From contig PKDT01000008.1 of NCBI GenBank assembly GCA_002863085.1, positions 1-55,858 of the forward strand: 55,858 nt of DNA, read 5' to 3'. Position numbers and translations under genes: made by a program. The notes under the pieces were generated by a model. It worked only from the letters and a program-made list of their open reading frames with translations. It made no database searches and was not told the DNA's origin. Positions 22,992 through 33,145 of this stretch are shown one piece after another (positions within the stretch are counted from its first letter, which is position 1; each line of letters starts with the position of its first letter). Origin of the DNA: Flavobacteriales bacterium. GTDB taxonomy: Bacteria > Bacteroidota > Bacteroidia > Flavobacteriales > TMED113.

Positions 22992-23930
22992 GTGGAAAAA
23001 AAAGTTTCAAAACCTACCCAGAGTTGGACAAAAATCGATTTGAATAAAAATGTCTACACAATCAATTCAAACCATAATTATAAAATACGAAAAAAGAAAC
23101 CAGATTGGCTGAGAGTAAAACTACCCTCAGGAAAAGATTTTACAAATCTTAGAAGAATTGTTGACAATCATAATTTGCACACGATATGTGAAAGTGGAAA
23201 TTGCCCTAATATGGGTGAATGTTGGGGTGCTGGGACTGCAACATTTATGATTTTGGGAAATATATGTACCAGATCATGTGGTTTTTGCGCAGTTGCTACT
23301 GGTAAACCCAAGCCAGTTGACTGGTCTGAAGCTGAAAAAGTGGCTAGGTCTGTAGAATTAATGAGTGTTAAACATTGTGTAATTACATCTGTTGACAGAG
23401 ACGACTTAGAAGATGGAGGAGTGTCAATGTGGATTGCTACAATTGACGCTGTCAGAAGGTTATCACCTTCAACAACCTTAGAAACCTTGATACCTGACTT
23501 TAAGGGTGAAAAAGATATAATAATAAAACTTGCTAGTTCTCGCCCTGAGGTTGTTTCACACAATATGGAAACAGTTGAAAGATTAACTCCAATAGTTAGG
23601 ATCCAAGCGAAATACAATAGAAGCTTATTTGTGCTTGATGAGCTAAAGAAAGCTGGTGTTGAACGAACAAAGTCAGGAATAATGCTTGGTCTATCCGAAA
23701 AAAAAGAGGAAGTCATAAAAACAATGAAGGATTTAAGGAATGTCAAAGTTGATATATTGACCCTTGGACAATATCTACAACCAACTTCAAAACACCTTCC
23801 AGTAAATAGATTTATTACTCCTGAAGAGTTTAATGAGTACAAGAAAATTGGTTTAAAAATGGGTTTCAAATACGTCGAGTCCGGTCCTTTAGTTCGATCG
23901 TCTTATCATGCTGAAAAACATTTGTTTTGA
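22992..23930 (+). CDS. lipA: Lipoyl synthase
   Basis: [12 protein letters not shown] auxiliary-cluster motif, CTRSCGFC radical SAM motif, RSSY. Confidence 0.99.
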   Translation: MEKKVSKPTQSWTKIDLNKNVYTINSNHNYKIRKKKPDWLRVKLPSGKDFTNLRRIVDNHNLHTICESGNCPNMGECWGAGTATFMILGNICTRSCGFCAVATGKPKPVDWSEAEKVARSVELMSVKHCVITSVDRDDLEDGGVSMWIATIDAVRRLSPSTTLETLIPDFKGEKDIIIKLASSRPEVVSHNMETVERLTPIVRIQAKYNRSLFVLDELKKAGVERTKSGIMLGLSEKKEEVIKTMKDLRNVKVDILTLGQYLQPTSKHLPVNRFITPEEFNEYKKIGLKMGFKYVESGPLVRSSYHAEKHLF

Positions 23931-23933
23931 AAT

Positions 23934-24920
23934 ATGAAAAAAATTGCAATTAATGGATTTGGTAGAATAGGAAGGGTTTTACTCAGGCTACTTTCAAATA
24001 ATCCTAATTACAAGGTTGTTGTAATAAATGACTTGGCACCACCAAGGACGTTGAGTCATCTTTTAAAATATGACACCATTCACGGGAGGTTTCCTAAAGA
24101 AGTTTCATGGAATGATAAATCTATTTTAATAGATGGTAAAGAGATTAAGATTGTCAATATTCCCAAACTTAGTAAAATCCCTTGGAGTACTTTTGATATT
24201 GACGTTGTATTTGAATGTTCGGGAAATTATAAAACATATGATCAACTTAAAAACCATATTACTAATGGTGCCAAAAAAGTAATATTAACGTCACCTTCAA
24301 ATGACGAAAAGATTCCAATGGTTGTTCTTGGCGTTAATGATTCTAAAATTGACTTTTCGGCTGATATTATCTCAAATGCCTCATGTACTACTAATTGTGC
24401 AGCACCTATGATTGATATTATAAATAAAAATTTAAAAATCGAAAGCGCATATGTAACAACTATTCACTCTTTTACAGGCGATCAAAACTTACATGACTCA
24501 ATTCATAATGATTTAAGAAGAGCTAGATCAGCACCTAGTTCAATAATTCCCACTACCACAGGAGCGGCCAAAGCACTCTCAAAAATTTTTCCTAACCTAA
24601 CGATTGGAGGGTGTGGAATTAGAGTACCTGTGAACAACTGTTCGTTAACAGACATAACATTTTTTTTAAAAAATAGTAGTTCACAAAATTTTATTAATTC
24701 ACTGTATGAGAATGCCTCAAAGAGTAGCCTTGACGGGCTGTTGAAATACATAAATGATCCAATTGTTTCTATTGATGTAAAGTCAAGTCCATTCTCTTGT
24801 ACTTTTGACTCTCAATTGACATATGTTTCTGGAAACATGGTCAAAGTTGTTGGTTGGTATGATAATGAATATGGTTATTCTTCAAGGCTTGTCGATCTTT
24901 TGTCAAAAATTAGATTTTAG
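23934..24920 (+). CDS. gap: Type I glyceraldehyde-3-phosphate dehydrogenase
   Basis: INGFGRIGR, SNASCTTNC, PTTTGAA, WYDNEYGYS. Confidence 0.96.
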   Translation: MKKIAINGFGRIGRVLLRLLSNNPNYKVVVINDLAPPRTLSHLLKYDTIHGRFPKEVSWNDKSILIDGKEIKIVNIPKLSKIPWSTFDIDVVFECSGNYKTYDQLKNHITNGAKKVILTSPSNDEKIPMVVLGVNDSKIDFSADIISNASCTTNCAAPMIDIINKNLKIESAYVTTIHSFTGDQNLHDSIHNDLRRARSAPSSIIPTTTGAAKALSKIFPNLTIGGCGIRVPVNNCSLTDITFFLKNSSSQNFINSLYENASKSSLDGLLKYINDPIVSIDVKSSPFSCTFDSQLTYVSGNMVKVVGWYDNEYGYSSRLVDLLSKIRF

Positions 24921-24922
24921 TT

Positions 24923-27682
24923 TTACTTGTCAATTATATAAAAACCTTCATTTCCTTTATTTTGATACAGCGGCATTAACAAGTATCCAGAAATAGGAGA
25001 GCATATTGGTCCACTTTTGTCGTGAGCTATAATTTCATTTTTTAAAATTTTTTGAAAGTTAAACATGTTTGGATTCATTAAAAAATCATCATTACTAGAA
25101 ATTTTATGAATATATTTAAGTTTATAATCACCTAAACTTGGTTCAGAAAATTTTTTCATTTTTTCAATTTTATCAATTACCTCCTGAGGTATATCCTTTG
25201 TTTTTATAAACTTTCTCTTTTCTAAAATCTTCCAAATTCCAGCTAGGTGATTATTTACAGATACAGGGTCTCCAATGGCACCTCCTTCAAAAACTATCAC
25301 ATTTACTCCATTCTTATTATAATATTCAGCAAACGAGCCTTTTATTTTATTTAAAAGATTATTTACAGTTGGTACTTTGAGACAGTTTGCAATTTTTGCT
25401 TCTGATTCATTATTTACAATAGTAAAAACTCCGTTTGAAGAGGATGTATTATGAAGATCAACAATTAATATATCATTTTTGTTTTTTGCAGTGATTATTT
25501 TGTCAATTAAACCCTTTAATACTAAAAGTTCATTTTCTTCAGAGTTGTATTTACTTTTAGAAATAGTTTTATTCCATAATCTGTTTAAGTCTTCATCAAT
25601 ATATCTTCTATTTTTTGAGAGTGCTTTTAAATTTCCTATCAAGCCAACAACTGTTCCCTCAATTTGAGTAGCATTTTCTTTTACGTTTTTAAAAAATTTT
25701 TTTAAGGCAATGACTCCCGAATCTTCATTTCCATGAATAGCTGAAACAAATATTACAGTTTTCTTATTATTACTATGAATATTACCAATTATTCTTTCAT
25801 AGTTATCACCAACATCCTTTTCGAATTTATTCTCCTTAATTTCATATTGTATTAGTTTTTGTTTTTGAATAATTCCGATATACAACCCATCCTCAACGAC
25901 TGGCAAAATTTCAATTTTTTCTTGTCTCATTATTCTTAAAGCATGTCCTATGGTTTTATATGGTTTTATTGTAGTTAGTTTTTTTTTCATTAATTCCTTG
26001 ATAACTATTTTATTTTTTTTTGAGGTGTAATTTTTATCATTGAAGATATCTTTGTCTAGTATTCCAGAAATATGTTTTTTTTCATTAACTACAACCATAA
26101 AATCTTTTTTATTCCAGCTGTTTATTTGGTATGCAAGTTCAAAAATGTCATTTTCATTTATTGAGTATATATCTCTTTCCATACATTCCTCTACGAGTAG
26201 ATTTGAGGGATTGTTGATGACAACGCAATTCTTCGGAGTGTTCCAGTTATGTACAGGTATATTATTTTTTTGATTTTCAATTATATGGGATGTAATTGTT
26301 GTGAGTGTATTTTGCTTAGAATATTTAGAATTCAGTGAGTCATATGAGTCAATTATCCATCTTGCTCCATTTTGACGACTGATTGTACGATCTTTTATTA
26401 TTTTAAGATACTTGTTGATGTCCTCTGGATTAATTTTAACATGAGACAGACCGATTGCAGCTTTTGGAATAAGTTCGTTTAAAATTAATTTTCTTGCATC
26501 AACCCTTTTACCAAACCATCTGAAAGTTGCATCAATACCTTGTTGTGCAGCAGAGTAAAAATTTATCCTAGCATCATCAAACTTCATTTGCTTTTCAAAA
26601 TCTTCACTGTAATTTTCTTTGTAGAACATCATTAGTCCTAACCAGAAGGAAGAATTTGCAACTTCATCAACAATTGACGGACCAGATGGTAACATTCTAT
26701 TCTCAATTCTAATGCTTGGTTTATTCTTATAAATACCATAACATGGTCGATTCCATCTGTAAACGGTTGAGTTATGTAGTGTTAAAGCATTTAGGTTTGG
26801 GAGATTTTGATTTTCAATTGAGTAATTTTTTTGGGTCAGATTTTTTAGCAGTATTTTGTATCTTGTAATATCTTCTTTATATATTTCAATTAATGATTTC
26901 TTAAGCCACTGATTTCCAAATGTTACTCTTGGCAAACTTTCTAAGTGATAATTGCCTACGATTCTAGTGTCTGTTGCTTGTTGAAATACAGCAATTCTTG
27001 TTTCGTTCCAAAGTCTTTTTCCAAATAACATAGGTGAATTGACACATGTTGATAAAACTGGACCAGCAATTAATTGTGAAATGTTATACATTTTGTGAAA
27101 TATTTCGTGGTCGATTTGTAAATGAAATTGAAATCCTGTGTTACAGCCTTCAATGAGCGGTGAATCATGCTGAAATATTAATTCATCAATTCCCGATATC
27201 CTTATTTTATATTTTTTTCCTCTTGAAGCACTAATTGAATCACATAAATCAAAATATCTTCTGTTGTTAGTTATATTCTCATACCTCAAATCGAATTTTC
27301 GAACTGTTGGAAGCATGCCAGTCAAAATCAACTCAGAATCGAAATTTTTAGATACGCTTCTAGCAATTAATATTTTGTCCAACAATACCTTTTCCAACTT
27401 CTTAAATGAATTGGAATTAAGATCTATGGGGTCAATGTTGAGTTCCATATTAAATTTTGCTATTTCTGTCACAAAACCTTCATCACTCAGTTTTTCTACA
27501 ATCTTGTCGTTGATCGGGTTTGGTCTAAGATTGTCGTCAACTAAACAAAATTCTTGTTCTGCTCCAATTCTTTGCTTTTTTTCAAGAATATTTTTTGAAA
27601 TTAGTCTTTCCAGCAGTTCAATGTCATTAGTCAGCTTGTTAATGAATTTATGAGATTGAATATTTTTGTTGGGTTTAATCAT
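24923..27682 (-). CDS. Fusion of glutamate-cysteine ligase family 2 (GCS2)-like domain, CBS pair and succinylglutamate desuccinylase/aspartoacylase (M14-like) domain
   Basis: GCS-like motifs IGAEQEFCLVD, TEIAKFNMELN, FQFHLQ, NSP, YRWNRPCY, IENR; CBS repeats VEECMERD and IKELMKK...LPVVEDG.YIGII; M14 zinc motifs IHGNE, DLNR, DLH, FEGG. Confidence 0.85.
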   Translation of the reverse strand: MIKPNKNIQSHKFINKLTNDIELLERLISKNILEKKQRIGAEQEFCLVDDNLRPNPINDKIVEKLSDEGFVTEIAKFNMELNIDPIDLNSNSFKKLEKVLLDKILIARSVSKNFDSELILTGMLPTVRKFDLRYENITNNRRYFDLCDSISASRGKKYKIRISGIDELIFQHDSPLIEGCNTGFQFHLQIDHEIFHKMYNISQLIAGPVLSTCVNSPMLFGKRLWNETRIAVFQQATDTRIVGNYHLESLPRVTFGNQWLKKSLIEIYKEDITRYKILLKNLTQKNYSIENQNLPNLNALTLHNSTVYRWNRPCYGIYKNKPSIRIENRMLPSGPSIVDEVANSSFWLGLMMFYKENYSEDFEKQMKFDDARINFYSAAQQGIDATFRWFGKRVDARKLILNELIPKAAIGLSHVKINPEDINKYLKIIKDRTISRQNGARWIIDSYDSLNSKYSKQNTLTTITSHIIENQKNNIPVHNWNTPKNCVVINNPSNLLVEECMERDIYSINENDIFELAYQINSWNKKDFMVVVNEKKHISGILDKDIFNDKNYTSKKNKIVIKELMKKKLTTIKPYKTIGHALRIMRQEKIEILPVVEDGLYIGIIQKQKLIQYEIKENKFEKDVGDNYERIIGNIHSNNKKTVIFVSAIHGNEDSGVIALKKFFKNVKENATQIEGTVVGLIGNLKALSKNRRYIDEDLNRLWNKTISKSKYNSEENELLVLKGLIDKIITAKNKNDILIVDLHNTSSSNGVFTIVNNESEAKIANCLKVPTVNNLLNKIKGSFAEYYNKNGVNVIVFEGGAIGDPVSVNNHLAGIWKILEKRKFIKTKDIPQEVIDKIEKMKKFSEPSLGDYKLKYIHKISSNDDFLMNPNMFNFQKILKNEIIAHDKSGPICSPISGYLLMPLYQNKGNEGFYIIDK

Positions 27683-27699
27683 TTTTTTCGGATTGGATT

Positions 27700-28437
27700 T
27701 TATTTATCATGTTTTATCATTCTTGATATAATTTCAAACTTGTAATCACAATTTAGATAGTTGTAATTATTCTCTTTTAAATGAAGAATATACAATCCAT
27801 TTATTTTAGCATCGTAATACTTTTCAAGGATGTATCTATACATCGTAAGTTGAAGTTCGTATTTATTGTAACTACAATCTCCAATATCTAGTGTGGGTTC
27901 TTTTGTTCCGTTTCGATAACTAATTTTTTTTATTTTCTCATTAGTTTTCCAGTCGACTAATGAAATAATGTTTTTTGGCTTATTATATATCAAAAGATCT
28001 ATCGTTCCTGCTAATTTTAGTGTTTCAGAAAATATTTTAACCTCAGGAAAAATTAAATTGTTTTTAAAAATATCACAATCGTTTAGAAATTTAATTGCTT
28101 GCTTTGATTTTAAATTTAGTTCATCAACTCTTTTTTCATTATCGGTAAAATTTCTTGAATTAAAATTATTTATATATTTCTCAATCTCATAATGAATTAA
28201 TGTTCCATCATTTCTTCTTTTTTCCCAATCTTTCAAAATCTCACTAGTTGTTAGACCTTTAAATTTACCATAATTCGTTAATTTTTTAGCAACTTTTATC
28301 TCATCAAACTTTTCAAAAAAGTCTCCAATGAATTCCGTAACACTTCGAAATTCAATATTTGAATTTAGTAATGAGTATTTGTGAGAATTTTCATCTAATG
28401 AAATTAATTTATCTTTTTCAATAATAGTTTGATACAT
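27700..28437 (-). CDS. PD-(D/E)XK nuclease family protein
   Basis: SVT, GT.IH..IE, E, AGTIDLL, LVDWKT, Y.LQL..Y motifs (RecB/PDDEXK_1-like). Confidence 0.85.
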   Translation of the reverse strand: MYQTIIEKDKLISLDENSHKYSLLNSNIEFRSVTEFIGDFFEKFDEIKVAKKLTNYGKFKGLTTSEILKDWEKRRNDGTLIHYEIEKYINNFNSRNFTDNEKRVDELNLKSKQAIKFLNDCDIFKNNLIFPEVKIFSETLKLAGTIDLLIYNKPKNIISLVDWKTNEKIKKISYRNGTKEPTLDIGDCSYNKYELQLTMYRYILEKYYDAKINGLYILHLKENNYNYLNCDYKFEIISRMIKHDK

Positions 28438-28455
28438 TATTAATAATTTTCAATT

Positions 28456-29007
28456 ATGATTTTTTTTAATAACAATATAGATATAATTAAATTATTTATG
28501 ATTTTATACATAAATAGTTTTTCCTTATTAGCTCAAATTGATTCTACTATCAAATTAGATGAAGTACAAATTATTGACACTCAATCTAATAATTTAAGTG
28601 TTTTTGAATATGAAAAACTTAAAAGAAGAGTTATGCGTGTTCTTCCTTATATTGACTCAATTGAATTAGTAATAAATGAGGTAGATTTAAATTTATCATT
28701 GATTGAAAAGAAAAAGAAAAAAAGAAAATACTCAAGAAAAAAACAAAAAGATATAATAAAAAGATTTAGTAAAAATATAAAAAAATTAACCAGAAAAGAG
28801 GGCGTGATACTTACCAAGTTAATTCACAGGAAATTCAAATTGACGGCATATCAACTAGTAAAAAGTTACAGAGGAAACTTTCAAGCAATTCTTTGGAACA
28901 GATTGGCTAAATTTTATCAAGGAAGTTTAAAAAATAAATTTGACCCAGTTTCGGTTACAGAGGATATTTATATTGATAAGATAATTAAAGAAAATTGTAA
29001 TAATTAG
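28456..29007 (+). CDS. DUF4294-like Bacteroidota protein (true start may be the ATG at 28498)
   Basis: I.LDEV, LKRRV.RVLPY, KKLT..EG.IL.KLI.R, YQLVK..RG, SLK..FDP, ED..I. Confidence 0.75.
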   Translation: MIFFNNNIDIIKLFMILYINSFSLLAQIDSTIKLDEVQIIDTQSNNLSVFEYEKLKRRVMRVLPYIDSIELVINEVDLNLSLIEKKKKKRKYSRKKQKDIIKRFSKNIKKLTRKEGVILTKLIHRKFKLTAYQLVKSYRGNFQAILWNRLAKFYQGSLKNKFDPVSVTEDIYIDKIIKENCNN

Positions 29008-29894
29008 ATTATAAATCTTTTATTTATAAATTTATTTTTGACACCTTTAGAATAGTCATAAAATCCTTTCTTAGTCTTAACTCCTAAATCACCAGCATTG
29101 ACCAACTCCTTTAGCAACCGATTTGGCTTATATTTTTCTTTCTTAAATCCATCATGAAGAACTTCAAGAATAGATAGGCAAACATCAAGACCAATGAAGT
29201 CAGCAAGATGTAATGGCCCCATTGGGTGAGACATGCCTAAGATCATCACAGTATCAATTTCATCAACACCTGAAACTCCTTCATCAAGTGTATGAATTGC
29301 TTCGTTTATCATGGGCATCAATATGCGGTTAGCAACAAAACCAGGCGAATCATTTACTAAAACTGGTATTTTATTTAGTTTTTTTGATAGATCAAAAGTT
29401 TTTTTAATCGTCTCCTCACAAGTAAATTTAGATTTTATTACTTCAACAAGTTTCATTAACGGCACTGGGTTCATGAAATGCATTCCAATTACTTTGTCTT
29501 TTCTATTAGTAGAATTTGCAATATCTTCAATGGAAATAGAGGATGTGTTAGACGCTAATATGGTCTCGGGCTTACAAACTTTATCAAGTTTATTGAAAAT
29601 TTCCAGTTTTATTTTTTTTGACTCCGTAGCAGCTTCAACTACTAAATCACTGTTTTCAATTTTATCATTGAATTCATTAACAAACATGATTCTATTTAAT
29701 ACTTCTTTCTTTTCATTTTCTGAGATTTTCTCTCTCTTAATCATTCTATCTAGGTTGTTTGAAATAGTTTCTTTTGCTTTAGTTAAATTTTGTAATGAAA
29801 TGTCAAGTAGAGTTACGTTATACCCCATCTGAGCAAAAGAGTGGGCTATTCCATTACCCATTGTTCCTGAACCTATAACAGATATATTTTTCAT
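29004..29894 (-). CDS. hbd: 3-hydroxybutyryl-CoA dehydrogenase
   Basis: GSGTMGNGIA, VEAATE, ASNTSSI, GMHFMNP, PGFVANR, PMGP. Confidence 0.96.
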   Translation of the reverse strand: MKNISVIGSGTMGNGIAHSFAQMGYNVTLLDISLQNLTKAKETISNNLDRMIKREKISENEKKEVLNRIMFVNEFNDKIENSDLVVEAATESKKIKLEIFNKLDKVCKPETILASNTSSISIEDIANSTNRKDKVIGMHFMNPVPLMKLVEVIKSKFTCEETIKKTFDLSKKLNKIPVLVNDSPGFVANRILMPMINEAIHTLDEGVSGVDEIDTVMILGMSHPMGPLHLADFIGLDVCLSILEVLHDGFKKEKYKPNRLLKELVNAGDLGVKTKKGFYDYSKGVKNKFINKRFII

Positions 29895-29912
29895 AGTATA
29901 AAATTTTTTACA

Positions 29913-31304
29913 TTATTTGCCTCTGCCTTGCAAAATAATAATAATTGTTAAAATAAAAACCTTAAAATCACTAATTAACGACAAATTTTCAAGATAAATC
30001 AAATCATATCGCAATCTTTTTATCATTTCTTCAACATTTTCAGCATATCCAAATTTCACCATTCCCCACGAAGTTATTCCAGGCTTAACTTTATAGACCA
30101 ATTTATATTGGGGAGCTTTTGCAATTATTTGCTCTGCGAAATATTTTCTTTCAGGTCTTGGGCCAATTAGTGACATTTCACCAATTAGTACATTATAGAA
30201 TTGAGGAAGTTCATCTAGTCTGAATTTTCTCATAATTTTACCCCATTTAGTTATTCTTTGGTCATCTTTACTTGAAAGTAAAGGTCCATGAACCTCAGCA
30301 TTAATTTTCATTGATCTAAATTTTATTATTCTGAAGGGTTTTGAGTTTATGCCTAGTCTCTCTTGAAAGTAAAATATCGGACCCTCTGAAGATAGTTTTA
30401 CCACTATCGAAATAAAAACCAATAACGGAGAAAGAAGAATTAATGCTGAAGCAGAAATTAGTAAGTCTAAAAATCTTTTTAAAAAAGATTCAAAATGAAG
30501 CATCTTTATTTGCTTAATTTCTATGTATGGTGTGTCAAAAAATGATTGCATTTTTATTTTACCTGAAATTAAATCTTTTACATCACTAGGGATCTTTGTA
30601 ATTATATCATTGTAGATCAAATCATTTATCATATTAATGTTAGATTCAAGATCATTTTTTTTGGGATTTAAGATAACTTCTTCAATTTGAAAGGAATTAA
30701 GCACATCATTTAGATTATTAATACTGCCAAGTTTGTTTAATTCAAAATTACTTAACGATTTGTTCGAATATTCTAAATAACCAACTATATGATTTCCGGT
30801 AGTTTTTGAAATTTTTTTCATAACGTTGTAGCTTTCAACAATTGAGTCACTATCTCCAATTAATAATGTGTTAAATTTTACGACACCGTTTTTTATTTTT
30901 TTAATTGCATTTTCAGCAACACGAAATCTAAATAAATATGTCAATGAGAAATGAAAAATAAATAATGCTATTATAGATTTATAGTAAAGAAAGTGGTTTG
31001 AATAGTTTTCAAAATCGTCAATAATTAAAAAGAAGAATAATAATAAGCATCCGATTACAGATTGTAACAATGTTTTCAAAAATTCGTTTAGTCTTGACAC
31101 CCTTCTTACATCAATATAATTACCAGAAATAGTATAGAGAGCTATCCAAAAAGTAGTAACACTAATCGTTCCAATAATTAGAGTCCAGGTTAAATTAAAA
31201 TCGTAGTTTTCAATTTCAGTTTTTCTGTAATAAAAAAATAACAACCAAGAAAACATAGCTGAAAAAATATCAAAGAAAATTCTTTTGAAATATTCTTTTT
31301 TCAT
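29913..31304 (-). CDS. Undecaprenyl-phosphate sugar phosphotransferase (WcaJ/WbaP family)
   Basis: N-terminal TM helices, KRFLD, KFRSM, DQRIT..G...RK.RLDELPQ..NVL.GEMS.IGPRPE, KPGIT. Confidence 0.93.
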   Translation of the reverse strand: MKKEYFKRIFFDIFSAMFSWLLFFYYRKTEIENYDFNLTWTLIIGTISVTTFWIALYTISGNYIDVRRVSRLNEFLKTLLQSVIGCLLLFFFLIIDDFENYSNHFLYYKSIIALFIFHFSLTYLFRFRVAENAIKKIKNGVVKFNTLLIGDSDSIVESYNVMKKISKTTGNHIVGYLEYSNKSLSNFELNKLGSINNLNDVLNSFQIEEVILNPKKNDLESNINMINDLIYNDIITKIPSDVKDLISGKIKMQSFFDTPYIEIKQIKMLHFESFLKRFLDLLISASALILLSPLLVFISIVVKLSSEGPIFYFQERLGINSKPFRIIKFRSMKINAEVHGPLLSSKDDQRITKWGKIMRKFRLDELPQFYNVLIGEMSLIGPRPERKYFAEQIIAKAPQYKLVYKVKPGITSWGMVKFGYAENVEEMIKRLRYDLIYLENLSLISDFKVFILTIIIILQGRGK

Positions 31305-32161
31305 TCGCCGTGTATAAGTTTTAAGTTATCAAAGTAGATCGCGTTATTTTCAACACTATTGTCAAATTGACCATCTAAGTATATTTTGAAATTAGAGTAG
31401 ATATTTCCTCCAGATAGAAGTGGGTATAAGTCGAGATATATTTTTTTCCATTCATTTGTGGGGTACAGTTGAATTAATTCTTCCTTGATTTCCAAATTCC
31501 CTGCGTTTTGTATAATCACTCCGACGTTAAATGAAATATTTGATTTAAAATCTAGCTCCATGAAAGTATTAAGTGGAATATCTAAAAAATCAATATTTCT
31601 AATATCGAATCTACTATTTAAACTATCTAAAAATATTGCACCGCTGAATTGGCCCTGAAACACTTCATGATTTTGTCTGACTACAGATGTGTCACTAATA
31701 TCACCATTTTCAAACATTGTGCCAGTTTGTTCAAAAGATCCTGATGTTTCAAAAATTATATTTATATTTTTTTTGTAGTTAGTTGTTGGGTTAATTTCAA
31801 TAGAGCTATTTTTTAATAGTTCAGACGTAATTAGAAATTTTTCATAAAATGGGTATTTAATTCTTGATGATGAAATTCCATTGACCTTAATTCCAGGACT
31901 TAGTTCAATTGTATTTGTATTTTCCATCAAAACTGGAATTGTTGAAGGAATTTCAAATGCACCAATAAATTGTCCGTTAATTGTTACCCAACAGTCAATA
32001 ATGTTATGAGATAAATAATTTTCAGAATGAGGAACCGAGGATTGATTGTTATTTTCAATTTCGTAATTATTTATTTCAAGATAAGAAGGTATTGATGAGT
32101 CTATATTTTCGCAAGAAATAGTTAAAAGTATGTATATAAAAAATAATTTTATATGTTTCAT
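31301..32161 (-). CDS. Hypothetical lipoprotein
   Basis: Signal peptide ending LTIS-C, beta-rich body, 4-bp overlap with the sugar transferase gene. Confidence 0.7.
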   Translation of the reverse strand: MKHIKLFFIYILLTISCENIDSSIPSYLEINNYEIENNNQSSVPHSENYLSHNIIDCWVTINGQFIGAFEIPSTIPVLMENTNTIELSPGIKVNGISSSRIKYPFYEKFLITSELLKNSSIEINPTTNYKKNINIIFETSGSFEQTGTMFENGDISDTSVVRQNHEVFQGQFSGAIFLDSLNSRFDIRNIDFLDIPLNTFMELDFKSNISFNVGVIIQNAGNLEIKEELIQLYPTNEWKKIYLDLYPLLSGGNIYSNFKIYLDGQFDNSVENNAIYFDNLKLIHGE

Positions 32162-32163
32162 TA

Positions 32164-33081
32164 CTACAAAATATTATTGTTTAATTTTTTTTCAATTTTT
32201 AATGCAATTTCAACGGCCCTACAACCATCAAATAAGCTGACTTTTGGTTTTTTATTTTTAAGCACATTGTTGTAGAATTCGGTCAATTCGCTTTCAAGTG
32301 GATTAATTTTATCGTCTGTCTCAATTATTTTTTTTAATTGGTTTGACTCAAGTAAGTTAACTTTGCGGTTTAGAAAGTCAAGTTCAATAAGTTTATCTTT
32401 GTATATTACTTTGGTTACTCTGTAGCTATTTTTGTTCACTCCTCTTTCACTTGTTAGTTTTGCAATTTTTTTGTTTTTAAATATAATTATACTCTCAACG
32501 TATTCGTCACCTTCTTTATTATCTTTTCTAGAGCTGATGCTTTCAATATCACTTCCAACTATATTAAGAATAAAGTCAATATCGTGTATCATTAAATCTA
32601 AAATAATTGAATTCTTCTTATTTCGTTGACTCAGAATTCCAGTTCTGTAGGAGTTTATTTCAATAAAATTGGTGTTTTCAAGTTCATAAATATTTGAAAC
32701 TGGATTATATCTTTCAATATGTCCAACTTGAATAATTTTCTTATATGATTGTCCGTAATGTTTTAAATCATCAACTTCGTCTTGGGTGCAACATATTGGT
32801 TTTTCAACAAAAATATGTTTATCATGTTTGATACATAATTTAATTAAATGATGATGGGTTCTGGTGTTTGTCACAATGTCGATGGCATCACAATTTTTGA
32901 TTAGATCGACATCAGACTTAAAACTCTTGATTTTAAATTTTTTCTCAACCTCAATAGATTTTTTTTTATCAGGATCGTAGAATCCAATAATTTTGATTCC
33001 TTGTATATTTTTTAAAACATTTATATGTTTTTTACCGAAACTTCCTACGCCCAGAATCCCGAGGTTCATTTTAATTTGCAT
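32164..33081 (-). CDS. Gfo/Idh/MocA family oxidoreductase (start may be the ATG at 33069)
   Basis: GVGSFG, EKP, VGHIERYNP, DLMIHDID. Confidence 0.92.
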   Translation of the reverse strand: MQIKMNLGILGVGSFGKKHINVLKNIQGIKIIGFYDPDKKKSIEVEKKFKIKSFKSDVDLIKNCDAIDIVTNTRTHHHLIKLCIKHDKHIFVEKPICCTQDEVDDLKHYGQSYKKIIQVGHIERYNPVSNIYELENTNFIEINSYRTGILSQRNKKNSIILDLMIHDIDFILNIVGSDIESISSRKDNKEGDEYVESIIIFKNKKIAKLTSERGVNKNSYRVTKVIYKDKLIELDFLNRKVNLLESNQLKKIIETDDKINPLESELTEFYNNVLKNKKPKVSLFDGCRAVEIALKIEKKLNNNIL

Positions 33082-33092
33082 TTAATGTTGTT

Positions 33093-33100
33093 CAAAAGTA
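33093..33100 (-). promoter_or_regulatory. -7 promoter element for the gfo-lipoprotein-sugar transferase-hbd run
   Basis: Reverse complement TACTTTTG matches TAnnTTTG. Confidence 0.5.
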
Positions 33101-33145
33101 CTTTATTTTTATATTTAAATATGTTTCTTTTTTTAAAAGTTTAAA

